From positions 11,844,001 to 11,908,000 of the forward strand of contig NC_087245.1 of NCBI RefSeq assembly GCF_037042905.1: a stretch of 64,000 bases of DNA, written 5' to 3'. The stretch is from Lytechinus pictus (Eukaryota). The notes under the pieces were generated by a model. The model did not search any database. It saw only the letters and a program-made list of their open reading frames with translations, and was not told where the DNA came from. Both the position numbers and the translations under genes were made by a program. Shown here piece by piece: positions 25,501-40,200 of the stretch. The number at the start of each line of letters is the position of its first letter. The stretch's first letter is position 1.

Positions 25501-28500
25501 AGCTTAATCAATATCACTAAAACATAACACCTACCTTTTGTTCTGTCCATATTGAATATCTTCTCATAGTCCCGTACAGCTTCTTCATATTTTTCTAGAT
25601 CCATAAAACTATGGGCAAAAAAATGGGAGAGTACAGGTGTCATTACTTGCAAAATCCATTGCAACCATCATAAAAATATCCTTGAATGGAATTTTAGTAT
25701 TGGACAGGTCAAGGTTTCATTTACATAAAACTGACAAACTGAACTATCTGCCTTCAAAATAAAGTTATATGTGTGTAATTATTATACCACTCATGATAAC
25801 AAATGGTTTGCAGTGTGTAAATGAAAAGAGTGATACATTCTGACCCCTCTTCCCGATGCAATGCTTTAATGGCACTCCTTCTCATTCTTTTTTTTCTAAT
25901 TTTCCACCTTGGTATTCTTCTCTGTTTTCTTCCAGTGACTAGAGACTGTTGATATATTATTGGCCGAGATGAGTACTGCAAGTAAAAACCTCAATTACAA
26001 TATTCATATCATTTGCATCAAAATCCAAGTATCTTTAACAGAGTTAAATTAAAAAAATATATATTTAGCAAAAATAAAGTAAATCAGTTAAAAATATTCA
26101 GTATGATTATGTTGACTCACCATTTTGCTCTCCTCATGAAGGCCTTTAAGTAATTTTCATCAAGTTCAATAGCTTTATTGCAATCTTCTACTGCTTCATC
26201 TATTCTGCCAAGCTGCGGGCCAAACATATTAAAGAGTTAATTTCTCTCAGCAATATATTTTTAAACAAGTGGAATGCCTCTGGCCGTCTCACCTGCATCA
26301 CGCGATTCAATATAGCAGCAGTGCTGATTTTGAAAACTACTATAACTCGCACAAGATGTTCAGTGATACTTGGTTACTCTTATTTCCACGTTTTATGAAC
26401 TAGACCAATACACTTATAGAGATATGATGGCAATTCAAAAAATACCCCCAACGTGGCCAAAGTTCTTTGACCTTACATGACCTTTGACCTTGATCATGTG
26501 ACCTGAAACTCGCACAGGATGTTCAGTGATACTTGATTACTATTATGTCCAAATTTTATGAACTAGACCAACACACTTTCAAATTTATGGCTGTAATTCA
26601 ACAAATACCCCAATTTGGCCAAAGTTCATTGACCCTAAATGACCTTTGACCTTGATCATGTGACCTGAAACTTGCACAGGATGTTCAGTAATACTTGATT
26701 ACTATTATGTCCAAGTTTCATGAATCAGATCCATAAACTTTCAAAGTTATGATGGTAATTCAACAGATACCCCCAATTCGGCCAAAGTTCATTGACCCTA
26801 AATGACCTTTGACCTTGGTCATGTGACGTGAAACTCATGCAGGATGTTCAGTGATACTTGATTAACCTTATGTATAAGTTTCATGAACTAGGTCCATATA
26901 TTTTCTAAGTTATGATGACATTTCAAAAACTTAACCTTAGGTTAAGATTTTGATGTTGATTCCCCCAACATGGTCTAAGTTCATTGACCCTAAATGACCT
27001 TTGACCTTAGTCATGTGACATGAAACTCAGGCAGGATGTTCAGTAATACTTGATTAACCTTATGGCCAAGTTTCATGAACTAGGTCCATATACTTTCTAA
27101 GTTATGCTGTCATTTCAAAAACTTAACCTCAGGTTAAGATTTGGTGTTGACGCCGCCGTCGCCGCCGCCGTCGGAAAAGCGGCGCCTATAGTCTCACTCT
27201 GCTATGCAGGTGAGACAAAAAACCTTTAATCATCATGTATGCCAGCTTTCGGAACAGCTAGAAACAAACCAAGAAATAATACATTTCCAGTTTTTTAATA
27301 TTTTGTTGAAAAGGTATTAAATATTATTGGAATTGAGTTTTGGCAAAAAAATGATCAAACACACATGGTTTAATTCAAGGTCAACGTAAAGCTCAAAAGT
27401 TCACTGTAATCGAAGTTGTTCTGATGTAAAAAGTTATTTGGATAGTTCATCTCATTTCCTTTCCAATGAAGCCACTTTCATAACATTTGGACAACCCGTT
27501 TACGCGCAAGGGCCATTAGAAAATGAGCGACCGCACCCATTTCAACCAAAAATGCAAAAACAGAGCATGTTATAGTGCAAGAACCGTAAGGCGCACTTCG
27601 TTAAAACTGAAAATTTTTACTTTTGTGATTTGAATTACCATAAGTACCATATATGAGCAAATTTAGAGTCGGTACGATTTAAATTTTTACAATTTTTGGA
27701 ATGATTTGACACAGAATGAAATGGCAATAAGAATTTGGTCATAAAGGTATTTTCCAAATATATATATATACATATATATATGCCTCTAAATACAACATTA
27801 GAATTTTTTTTTTATTATAATGAAAATAAATAATAAAGGAAAAAAATTAAGAAAATCAATTACACTCAAAATATTGCAAAGGAGAGTTGCATCAGATAGA
27901 TCTAGCACTGATTCCTAAATAGTTCTCAAAATGTGGGAGGGTGGGGACAATGAATTGTAACCAAAATGTTCTAGATCCACTTACCTTGGCTCCTACGACA
28001 GCCCTATTGCAGTAAACCTTTGCATTAGTGAAGACATTATGAGGATCGATGGTTAGTGTTTGAGTGTAAACATCATAGGCCTCTCGGAACTTCCCTGACT
28101 TGAATAGTGCATTGCCTTCATCTTTCTTTGTCTTCATTTCTTTACATTTCTGAGAAGAAAAAAAAGAGGAGAGAATGAGAAAAAGGTAAAATATCTTTGA
28201 TCACTTAAATATAATAACAATATTAGAGGTGTCGTGAATCACGGGATAAATCCCAAAATTGTACACCACAGAGCCGTTGGGTTCAAATCCCATTGCAGCA
28301 CTAACAACCTCTGGCACGACATCGTCTACCCTAGTTACTCTATACTCGTGCTACTCTATACCCAGGTGTAAATTAAGTATAGGTAAAATTGATCAGCTTT
28401 CATTCGATAAACTGACAACAGCAACATATTTATTTCATTATTGTATCCATTTTTACTATTTTATATATTAGAAATATTCAGATTGATAGAGAATGTCATT

Positions 28501-31189
28501 ACAAGTGAAAATATCTGCAAGTTGAATCAGTGGTTTAAGTTTGGTGGTTTTAATCAAATTGCCAAGTTAACCCTAAAAGAGCCGGGTTATTTGGACCCAT
28601 CTCACAGCCGAGGGGGGGGGGGGGGGCGGATTCCGCCCCCCCTGAGATCTCGGCCGTCGATCGCAAGAGCGCCGCAAGAATTTGCACAGTGATAGTGTGT
28701 GATAAAATCTGCACGGCTGTATGATTAATTTTTCTGAAAAAAAAAGATTTTTTTAATTAATTAATTATGCTAATTTATGCATGAAATAAAACATTTGCTC
28801 TAATTAACTTCTTATGGACCCAAAATTGCTAATTTTTTATTCACAGACTCTTTGTAGGATTCTGATCAAATGTACATCACAAAAAATTTGGTATCGCAAA
28901 TTTTTTCTTATGTATTTGATTGTTTATTTACTTTTTGTTTTTTATTGTTTTTTTGATGGAAATTGTTGCAGACTTAATTCTGATCATAAACAATACAAAA
29001 TTAATTAATTTTAATCAGTAAAAATAGAAATAATGATACATTTATGAATTATGGCTAAATACACAATTTGCATTGGATTTGTACATGAATTAACGTTTTT
29101 GAGCAATTTTGGGTCTGACATGCACTTACATAATGTTGCGTAATTTCGTAACCGCGTACCCGGGCATCGCAAATTTGATCTCAAAAGTAGCGCGAGACTT
29201 GAAAGTAAAAAGTCAGCGAGCGGCGCGGTCAAAAAAATTTGCGCGGCAGATTAATCGTGAAAAATGTTGAGGGGGCGCGGATTCCCCCCCCCCCCCAGGC
29301 CTTTTAGGGTTAAGGTATTCAGTGATTATTTTCAACAAAAAAATTGCCATTGAATGAAAGACATATGAACTTGTGAATATAATAAAAAATTTTCTTCAGT
29401 TGTACTTTGCACTATCACAAAATATGGTCAATTGTACCAAAGACTGAATCTTACCTTGAACGCTAATCTTGCTTTGGTATGATCTGGTGAGTATTTGAGA
29501 ACCTGTTGGAAATGTTGCTGAGCCTTCTCTATATTGTCTTGATAATAGAGACCTAAACCACGTACATAAAGAGCATCGGCATCCCTGGGATTTTGATACA
29601 GTACACCACTATAAAGGAAAAAAAATATAAAAACCATATGAGTGCCATTAATTTTGGTAAAAATAATCTGTCTTTGCTATAAATTCATGAAAGCTTACCA
29701 GTCTGTTTATCACAACCCTTATTCACTGTGGACCAAATATTTGAATAATGTAGAAAGCAATTTTGTATTTCTAATCAACAGTGTGCTATTCAATAATGCA
29801 AATATACAAATCTCGTTCCCAGGCTTAATTGCATCGACATTAACCCCCACCAAGAAAAAAAAGAAGGGGGGGATATGAACAAAACCACAATAAAAATGAA
29901 ATAAAAACAAACTCAGCCCCAGAAACAGTCGGAAAAAAATTCTGGGGGGATGCGTTTCACAAAGATTGAAGTGTGATTACAAATCCCACTTAAATTCAAA
30001 ATTGTGTTAGGTATATAGCAAATGACCACGTTTGCCAGGTCATGCGCAGAGGGCGCCCACAACTGTATAGGTATTAATGACGCCTTGGCATTTAAGACTG
30101 ACAAAGTCACCCATAACTCTGTGTGAATCACCCACTGTGTTAAGATATGATACTAACTTGACAGCTTCTTGTCCTTCTGAGAATCTGCGTAGTTTGAGGA
30201 GTGCTTCTGCTCTTCTTATTTTAAATTTTGCACATGCAGGTGAGTGGTCTATTGCTCTATCCATGTCATACACAACCTGTAAAATAAATTCAGACAATAA
30301 CACATGATGATTGTTTACTTGCTTTGTTATACACATAACTCAAAGTCTAAGCCCACCCAGATATACTGATTCAAATAAAAGGAGATAGATCAAACATGAA
30401 TAAAATCAGATGGAAAAAAAATGTCAACCGAATTTTGACACTACTGGAGGACATTGAAATAAATGATTTTTTCATGAACCATAATGAAATAAAAAATGAA
30501 AGAACATGAGGCATCCCTCAAGCTCCTTCAAAACTGCTCATTTTATGCATATCACTCGGTGAAAATTAGCAATACTTTAAAGCCTGTATCTTTTGTTTTG
30601 GCAAACCTCCTCATAACATGTCATTATTCCATTTAATACTAGAAATGTGTGTCCGAAGGTATAATTTATGATGTGAAGGATACAAAATAAAAATGTTATT
30701 AAATTTCATAAATTTACAATTTTCACATAAAAGTTATTTTGATATGGTGCCAGATCAAAATTAAATATCTGCATATTTTGGTCTTGTTTATATCAAACTC
30801 TTCAAACATGGAATGGGCTAAAAGTTTAAGGATATAATCCTTGTCTATAAATTTCCTATATCCAATTAGTAAAGTAGTTGCTCAAAGGGCTATTTGAATG
30901 AAAATAATAAAAGATGCTAGATGCCAAATTCAAATCTTAAACTCAATTTAATTGACATGATCAATCAATGTATCAGGCATGAAAATTGGGTATGAAAAAA
31001 AAAGCTGAAAGGGTTTTGGAAATGTCGTTGACAAGACGGTGGGCGAAGCCCACCGGGCGAGCGGCTTGCCGCTCGCTGCTAACGGGTGGGGTCCAGGGGG
31101 CAACGCCCCCTTAAGCTCCTGGGTTTTATCAATTTTACAACTCCAAAAACCTGTTTGAGTTGAATGATTGTAATGAAAATAAAAAAAAT

Positions 31190-31242
<53 letters not shown>

Positions 31243-34200
31243 GAAATTCAGCAAACAAAAAACGCGGAAATCCGCGGAAACGCGGAGAATTGTCATGCCT
31301 GATGTATATATGTAAGACTATGACTGTAAGGGTGATCAAAGTCAGTTGGCAAAAGTTTATTAACAAAACACAGAATATGAGAGACAGACAGACAGACAAA
31401 TGGACAGAAGAAAGGCAAAGAAGAGAAACACACACACAGAAAGAGACAGACATAGAGACTAATAAGGTGGGGTAGGGAGAGGGAGTGGGAAAGAGAAGTG
31501 GATGTACATGGATACCTTTCTAAAGTCTCCCTTGTCAAATGCTTTGAAACTAGCTGTTTCATGGCTTTGAACAGTCTTTGCTGCTCTCATCTGCATGTGA
31601 GTAAGACAGAAAAATATGAAAGAGATAAATTAATTTATTACTAGTTAATCTGCTGCCTATGAACAAATACATGTAGTTAAGGAACTGGAATATAATTCAA
31701 TCATTTTTTTTAAACACTCTTTGCTGTATCAACAAATACTTCTCACGCCACCATATTTTTCTAACATAAGATTCTAGATACTTGCACAGTTGCACTCATA
31801 TTAGAGGTTTTCTAATTTTATTTGTCTTCTACATGGAGTGGCTTAACAAATTTCGCATCTTATCAGATATTATTTTCATAGGCCTGCCTAAAACTTCTAA
31901 GAAAAGAAGCTTTTACTAACGGATCAATGCAATCATAATTGTTCAAGCTATTAACTACTTACACAAGCTAATCCCATTGGCATCTACATGTATTCTTTAA
32001 TTTCATAATTTCTTTCCTATCTTTATCAAATAAAAGACTTGCTTGAAAAAAATGGAGACATAAATCTACCCAATGTATCAAATGAAGGTCAATTCTATAG
32101 TAGAAATAGGAATAGTGCTGGGAAATTATAAGCATTAAGCAAAAAGAACAAATCTACTCTTTTAAATGTATTTTGGAACTAAAAACCTTATGTGACCAGC
32201 ATTATTCTTCAATTTGGAACATCAGTTCTTTACTTACACTGAATTTTCCCTTCATTAATTAGACAAGACCAATATGGGGAGAACTTGAGTTTAAGGAGCA
32301 TTTTGGGGTAAAAGTTGGGAACCGGTCTATTTCACCTAATTTGAATGTGCTGAATCTGATAAGACCGGTTCCCAAGCCAATTTTTCATGTTTTGACCACC
32401 TAATTTGCATAAACAAAATGGCTGCCAAATTGACAATTTATAATCTTATTTCTACAATATTCTTTTATAATATTCGCTTTCACCGATATGGATACTGCAA
32501 AATCCTGCATACTTAACATGTACCATTTGGGAAAATTGGTTATTTATGTTTGCGGCTAATTCATTATGCAAAATTATGCATATTATGCTATAATTTGATA
32601 ATTACACCTAAAATTTTTATTATTTTGGGTACAAACAGCATTCGTATCATTATGATAATTGTTTGGCCCTTAAATATAATACTCAAGTCATTTTTTATAT
32701 GTATTTTATTGTTCTTTGATATTTCTTTTGTGTTCTTGTATTTTCTGCCATTTGCTTTGTATATGTTTGATATGAGATCTTTAAAAAACTAATATCAATT
32801 GCCACAACTGTTAATTGTACTCAGGAACAAATACACACACATGCTCCCACACCCACACCTGTATATAGAAAGTAATATACTTGCAAGGTATATGTAGTAG
32901 ACATGCCCAATATAAAAACATTGATGCTGATCCTATAATCATGATAATTACCACATTCAATGAACCCGTAAGAAAAGAAGAGTTTAGAAGTTGGAAAACC
33001 TGTAATCATGCTGAACTTAAATTTCTTGAAATAGATATATTAAAATGTTTTATAACAGATCAAATAATCAATTAAACGTATGATTTACGCAGTGTAGTTT
33101 ATCAATCGGATATAAGTATCAGTACATTGTTATTATCCTTGTAGCAAAATTATATCTTTGATTCAGCTCCATCAGAACTGCAATGATGGCAGTTAACCAA
33201 AGAACAATTTGTAATAAATGCAAAGGGTCTGTATTACTGGATCACTTACTAGTTTTTTTTGGTCATTACCGATTTATTTATTTATTTGGCAACGGTACAT
33301 TTTCCCCGAGTCAACCATCAAAGTGATAACTTAAAACCACAGCTTTTATCCAATCCTTGCCTTGGAAGATTCTTTGACGAACGATACTGAATACAGAAGA
33401 GGAAATGATAAAAACAAGGGGCTAAACACAGATTAGCTCCATGGTTAAAACATGGGCAAAACAAGGTTTCCAGCCCAGCCACTGCCCAATGAAGAACAAA
33501 TTTTCACAGTGTGTCCTAAGGTTAAAAAGTGCTAGAGATGCATGTTGAAGGTAAACCAGCATGGAGACAGTTGCAGAAGTCCAGTGGCAGTCTAGAGGTT
33601 ATCCGGTCATGGATGATATTTTCTGCACCACCTCATATAAGACAATATCTGATCTCAGCAATTCTGTGGAGCAGGTAATATGCAGATTGGCAGACATGTG
33701 ATGTGTGTTTCTTCATGCTCATTGTTCTATCAAAGACTACGCCAAGAGATCTAGCCTTGCATACTGGAGATATATATTCAATTCAATTCAATTCTTTATT
33801 TCATTTCCATTCAAAACATAATTCAAAGTAATATAAAGTAGTACAAATCAAGTACAATTTTACAGAAGGGCATTCTTACTTCGTAAAAAAAACCCAGAAA
33901 AAAACAGTATAATATAGAGCATAAATGGAAATGAGGGGGATCCACTAAAAAGGAAAGCTTGTAAATTGTGGATCCCCCTTGGAAAGGAAGTATAGTAGAC
34001 TTATTCTCATATGCGTACATATAGCTTCCTCACCTATTAAGACTGGAGTTGTAGTCATAATAATTACGCATATATGGAGATGACAGAACAAGATACTTCG
34101 CTTTTTATTGTTAAGCTCCTGCACGTTTAATGACAATAGATATTAATTATTTTGGCCATATTCCAGGGTTGTTACGTTTTCAAGCTTTGCTTTTGTGACG

Positions 34201-37200
34201 ACCCTTGCAACCATCCTATTTATTGTGTAACAGAAAATACCACTTAATGATTTTCATTTATGTAAGCTATGTTTGAGGATTTATATACAAAACAATTGTT
34301 CATTATCTTGATGTCAAGTTTCAGATATGTATTTTTCTTGTCCAGAATTTTGTTATGAAAAATGTTGCAAAAACCAATAAATGAAATGAAATGAAAGTTG
34401 ACCTTCATCCAACATCGAATCCTCAATGGCAGCACCAACAACAGCAGCTGCACGAACCTCTCCATATTTACCTTTTGGATCAAAAGTGAGGTATACAGCT
34501 GGATGTCATCAGCATAGAAGTGTATACCAAGACCATGTTGCCACATTACAGAGCCAGAGGAGTGATGTACAGTTTGAAGAACAAGGTACAAGGACAGACT
34601 CCCAAGGAACTCCATATCAAAGGGTAATCACAGGAGACTGCATGCCAGTGATGAATACAGCTTCATACAGCTCTGTTGGCAAGGTAAGAGGAAACCTGCC
34701 ATTGGAGTGCAGAATCATCAATTCCAAAACAGACTGTCAGTCTCCTAAGAAGAATGACATGTTCACTGGTATCAAAACCGGTTGACAAGTCAAACATAAC
34801 TTAGGCAACTGCTTTCCTCATAGAAAGAGAAATCCTGGCTCTACAATCGAAAAATGTCTCGACCTAGACTTTGATGGTGATATCTCAGACTCGCATGCAG
34901 CCTATCAGAGCTGGGTAAGCCATTGGATGCTGTTGGGTTTAATACCGATCAAAATAAGTGGATTAATAATCACCTACAGGAACGCCAAACATGCCAGGAA
35001 CCCACCATCCTCTGAAAGATATCTTTGTTATCAATTTGAAATAGTCTATCTTATGAAGATATGAAGATGTGTGAATATTAGAAGTTCGATAAATGGCCTA
35101 GAAGACATTACACAATTCACTGCGGTATTGAAAAGGTGCACTCCGTGCATTTTAACACCTGAAACAAGATCTGGTTAGACAGCAGATTCTCTCTTAAGAC
35201 AAAAGTTTAGGTTTTCTCTATGGATCTGTGACATGAGAATCGGACATATCTCAAGAACACAAACACGATGACTTCGATACGAACTGCCTCCGCAAAATAC
35301 TTGTACTAAATTGGTTTGATTTCAACAATTAGAGATGACTTTTATAATATGAGGCTGCCCTATCAATCAAGCCATCCAATGGAACACCAAATCGATGATA
35401 ACTGACATTGATAATTCAACACCCCGAAGGTAAAGGTGTATATCAAGCTGGGGGAAGCTGGATGCCTGTAAGTTGGATAAAGCGGCAATCATTGATAGGA
35501 CAGGTGCAGTACTGCATTGGAAAAGATATATTATGGAGATGCACATGTAATCCGTTAATGAAGTCCAATGATTAAAACATTTTATTAAAAGGATATGCAG
35601 TGACCTATTCGTTGTGGAACTTTAGAACATCACAGTCTGGCTTTTAAAACACGGAAAACGGTCTAATTGATAGGCAAAATGAGAAATTAGATGGATTATA
35701 TGTGGGTTAAGTTCTGATAATTTTTGTTCAATATTGGGACAATTTGACGAGCGTAATGGAGTAAAACACAGGACATCTCATTTTCAGCAGACGGTTTTCA
35801 CTTCATTTTGCTGAAGAAAAACACACTAAATATATATACATGTATGTGTGATCAGATTCTGCTGGTCGGGAACATAACTACTCCAAAGGATATTAAATGC
35901 AACTGATTGACTATTAGGAGTTGAGAATTACAGTACTGTTATGATTCAAATTTAATAATTCATCATCTAAAATTGTAAATATGAATGAATTGATTGATAT
36001 CATAATTCAAGATACCATTTTATAATAAAAATATAAGCAATTAATAGTGACATTCGCTTGAATACAGATAGGTTCATGAAATTCGTTGGATTTCCACCAG
36101 TGTGCTTTTAAATGGGAAGGCCCTCCGTGCAGGAGTTTTCCTTTGTATGCAGATGTGGGTGTGGGAGTGGGTGCATCTGTTTATGTCCATGGATATATGC
36201 GAATAAAAAAGTGACTACATAATTAAATCATTGAAGCTAATTATTTTCTGCCATTGATAATCAATAATTTGACAGATCCCATAACAAAACATGTACAAAA
36301 CAAAAGGTACAAAATACAAAGAAATTCAAAAACAATAAAATACATTATTAATCACTGTGATATTATATTCTAAGGGCCGTACAATTATTTATAATGATGT
36401 AAATGCTATTTGTACCAAAAACATAAACATTTGAGCTGAAATTATCAAATTATAGCATAATGATCCAAAATATGCATAAATTTGCATAATTAATTAGCAG
36501 CAAACAAAAATAACAAGTTTTCCCGAAAGGTACACGTATGTATGCAGGATTTTGCAGTATTCATGTCTGTGAAAGCGAATATAATTAAAGAACATTGTCG
36601 AAATAATATTCTGAATTGTCAATTTGGCAGCCATTTTGTTTATGCAAATTAGGTGGTCAAAACATGAGAAATTAGCTTGGGAACCGATCTAATCAGATTC
36701 AGCATATTTGAATTGTGTGAAATAGTCCGGTTTCCAACTTTTACCCCAAAATGCTTCTTAAAGTTTATATAGGCCTCTTTTTCCAGAATGGGTCTAGTCT
36801 AAATGCCATTTTCATGGTTTTAGAGATTTTCTTTTTTCTGTAATTTTTAAGAACTGAAATAGGCAGAGAATGGGTTAAATTTTCACTTTTCCTCAATTTT
36901 TTGTGTATGTTTTATAAGTTTTTTAAGGACTCATATTTGTGACAATAATTTGGCCAAAAAAAATGTTATTAAGTCCGACTCATTCACCTCTGACAAAGCT
37001 TGTTTGTTGGTAGGTTCTATATCAGTTACCCTCTGGAGAGCTCTTATTGCTGCCTCAACTGATCCTAGGGCAAGCTGACATTTTGCTTCTCTTAGATGTC
37101 CCTGCCAAATGAAAAAAAAAATCTGAAATATATCATTGTTTCTGAAAGGAAATGCATTGTAGTGAAGCCTGTGGACAAGACTAGCGATGCTAGATAAAAA

Positions 37201-40200
37201 GTAGGGCTGTACCTTGGTGTTCGTTTATGAACAATCCATGTAATATCTCTGCACACATAACACACATTCATATACTCAGAAAAGTAGCAAACTACATACT
37301 TGTACACGTCACTGAGAAGCTCCTCCGCACAGTGAAGTTAAGCTATGATACACGATGGAGCTTCATGGTGATACACATCACACAGATCTTCAACATTTAC
37401 ATAAAAACTGATTTGAGAATAATGAAAACAAACATTTTTTTTTTTTGTCTAAAAATTGTGCTAATAAAATGAGGAAAAGAATGCAATTGAATTGCTAGTG
37501 TCTATTTAAGGACGTTCCACAGTTAAAGTGAAATCCATGTCATTTTCACCAAACTTTGCACATAGATACTTTAGAACCTTAATATTCGAAATATGCAAAA
37601 ATTAACATAGGTCCATGTGCTTGATTTTTTGCTATAGAGCTTCAAAGTTCACCCAAATTGATGTTCTTAAGAATTGCGCATTCAAAAGAATTTGGCATTT
37701 TTAGACCGCCCAAGATTACTACAATGAGTTTAAACCTCCATTACTCATTCAAAATACATGAAAAAGTCATCAAATTTCGCAAGAGAGTTAATAATTGTAT
37801 CGTTAGAATGGAGAATCTATTAATAGTGCTATTTGTTTGCAATTTTAAGTTTAACAGCACTGTCAGTTCTTAAAAATGGCGTAAAAGATAACAAAATCCC
37901 AATCTGAAAAATGTAAAATTTCAGTAACAAACTACAAACGTACAATAATTGCTGCACTTTATTCAAAATCCATGTCATTTTCACCAAAATTTGCAGAGTT
38001 GTAGAGGAAGGTATACCTAAGAGGTACAAACATTAAAAAATAGGGGTTCATGTGCTTGTTTTTAAACTATCAGCATTTTTATTAGAGCAAATGTGCTTTT
38101 TAAAACACCAAAAATGGGCCGAATGCTTAGTATCTATGTGAAGAAAAAATCAAAACCACTCTACCATTTATTCAAACTCGGGCTAATATTCGTGATTCTT
38201 GGCAGCACTGCAGAGTAAAGTATTTTGAAATTGTAGAGAATATTTTTTTGAATGGTCCATGGAATAATTCAATTTTTTAGCTTCATAAAATAACGCATCG
38301 GATCTGCAGTTAAAGTGCAGAAGATGAGAAAAATCAGCTCATACCCGCAGCTAATTAATACCTGTTCATCCATTGTGACGTCAGCGCGCAGAGTGTAAAC
38401 TATGCGCAGATCATAATGCGCACAAATATAACTGTGGAACGTCCTTAAAGTCAGTTCAAATCATTTGCTATTTTGCCATCAGATGGCATTCAGTGTGCAG
38501 GATTAGGTCAACAATTAATAAAAGCGCCATCTAAAGGCAAAAATGCAGCATATAGACTTCAATTACGAAAGCGACTAGAACGTATAATCTGGAGAGATTA
38601 AAGAGCGTCATCATATTCAAATACGACTACTACTTGAATCTCTTGCTATGCACTAAAATTAATATTTTCCTCATTAATGACCATGGATATTTTCATGTGG
38701 TTTTCATTACTTTCATTGTGATGATAATTGATATCCACACAAGTTAATGCAGAATTTTCCAAAAAAAATCCAGCAGGTCTAGTAAAAATGTCAGAGAGTT
38801 GTATAGTTGACCAATATTAAAAAGTTGTATTGTTTGACTGTGAAAGGGATTGTACAAGCATATAATGGCAGAGTGCCAGAGTCAGACAGTGTATATGACT
38901 ATTCCTTTGTATCACTGAACGTTTACTGACCAGTAGACAATTTGGGTACTATAAAATGCAGGCTAGTTCAGAAAATCAGAATACAGATAAATAAATCAGA
39001 GAGAATACAGGTTTGGATGTTTCACGGACCAGGGGTTATTCACAACAACAATCAAAATACAATTTCTGGTGAGATAAATTACATCTCATAGTAGAATGGT
39101 TTTAAGGTCTAAAAATGTTTTTTGTCAATTCCCCCCCCCCCCCGGGCCTTTGGTGCTTGTGTCATGGCACATGATAACTCAAGCATGTACATGTACTTAG
39201 TTTGCTGACACACAATGAATAATTTCTTAAATTCTTTCTATTATTAAAGATTGTTTCTTGATCATAATGGATTTGTGAAGAAAAATCAAGAAAGGTATAA
39301 ATTCCGCATATATATTCTGATTGCTGAAATCTGTACACAATGTTCACCCCCCCCCCAAAAAAAAAAAAAATAATAATAATAATATCTCAAAGCCACACTT
39401 GTTGGTGGCATTTTAGTTATTTTACGAGTTGAAAACAAGGGAAAAATTAGTGAAAAACATTACCTTCTCTTTTATCAAGAAAGCAAAGGAAACACAAAGA
39501 AAGATAGCACAATATACAAAAGAAAGATATTTATGGATGGAGGCCATCCTTTCTTGACACATTTGCAGTTAGTTTGGGAACTGAAAACAAAAACATATTT
39601 TCCATTAAAAACAAGCCTTTTCAATTTTTCGGAACATAAATACACATGTAAATTAGGATGGGAAATTGAGAGACAGGAAAAAAAATAATTGAAACAGTAT
39701 TTTGTTCATTTGTTTGTATTCTTGTTTTTTTATAATTGTTTCTACAGGAAGTTTGCATAATCTCCTTAGTAAACAAAGAGAATCACATTGAATCTTCAAG
39801 AGAACAATGAGTGTATGAATATACATCATTATATCAAGAAAATATTCTGAACAAATTTGCATTTTAGATGTTGATGTTGCTGGCCATCCACAGTTGTGGT
39901 TAATTGGATCAATCGCAACTCTTTGTAAGACGGGGCCCAGGGGAGCATTATATGAAAGGACTTATCGGACTGACAAGTCCTATTTTATCCAACAGTTACC
40001 ATAGTAACCGTGCTTCTCAGCCAATCAAATTCAAGGAAAGTTGTCAGATCTGACAACTTGTCGGATCGAAAATATTGATGAAACGCTCCCCTGGCTCCGG
40101 TAACACAAAGGTTTATAGCGATTGATCATACGCTTGATCTTTACGATTGATCGCACATTGTAGTCAATGGAATCAATCGTAGAAAAATGTTCTACGATCA

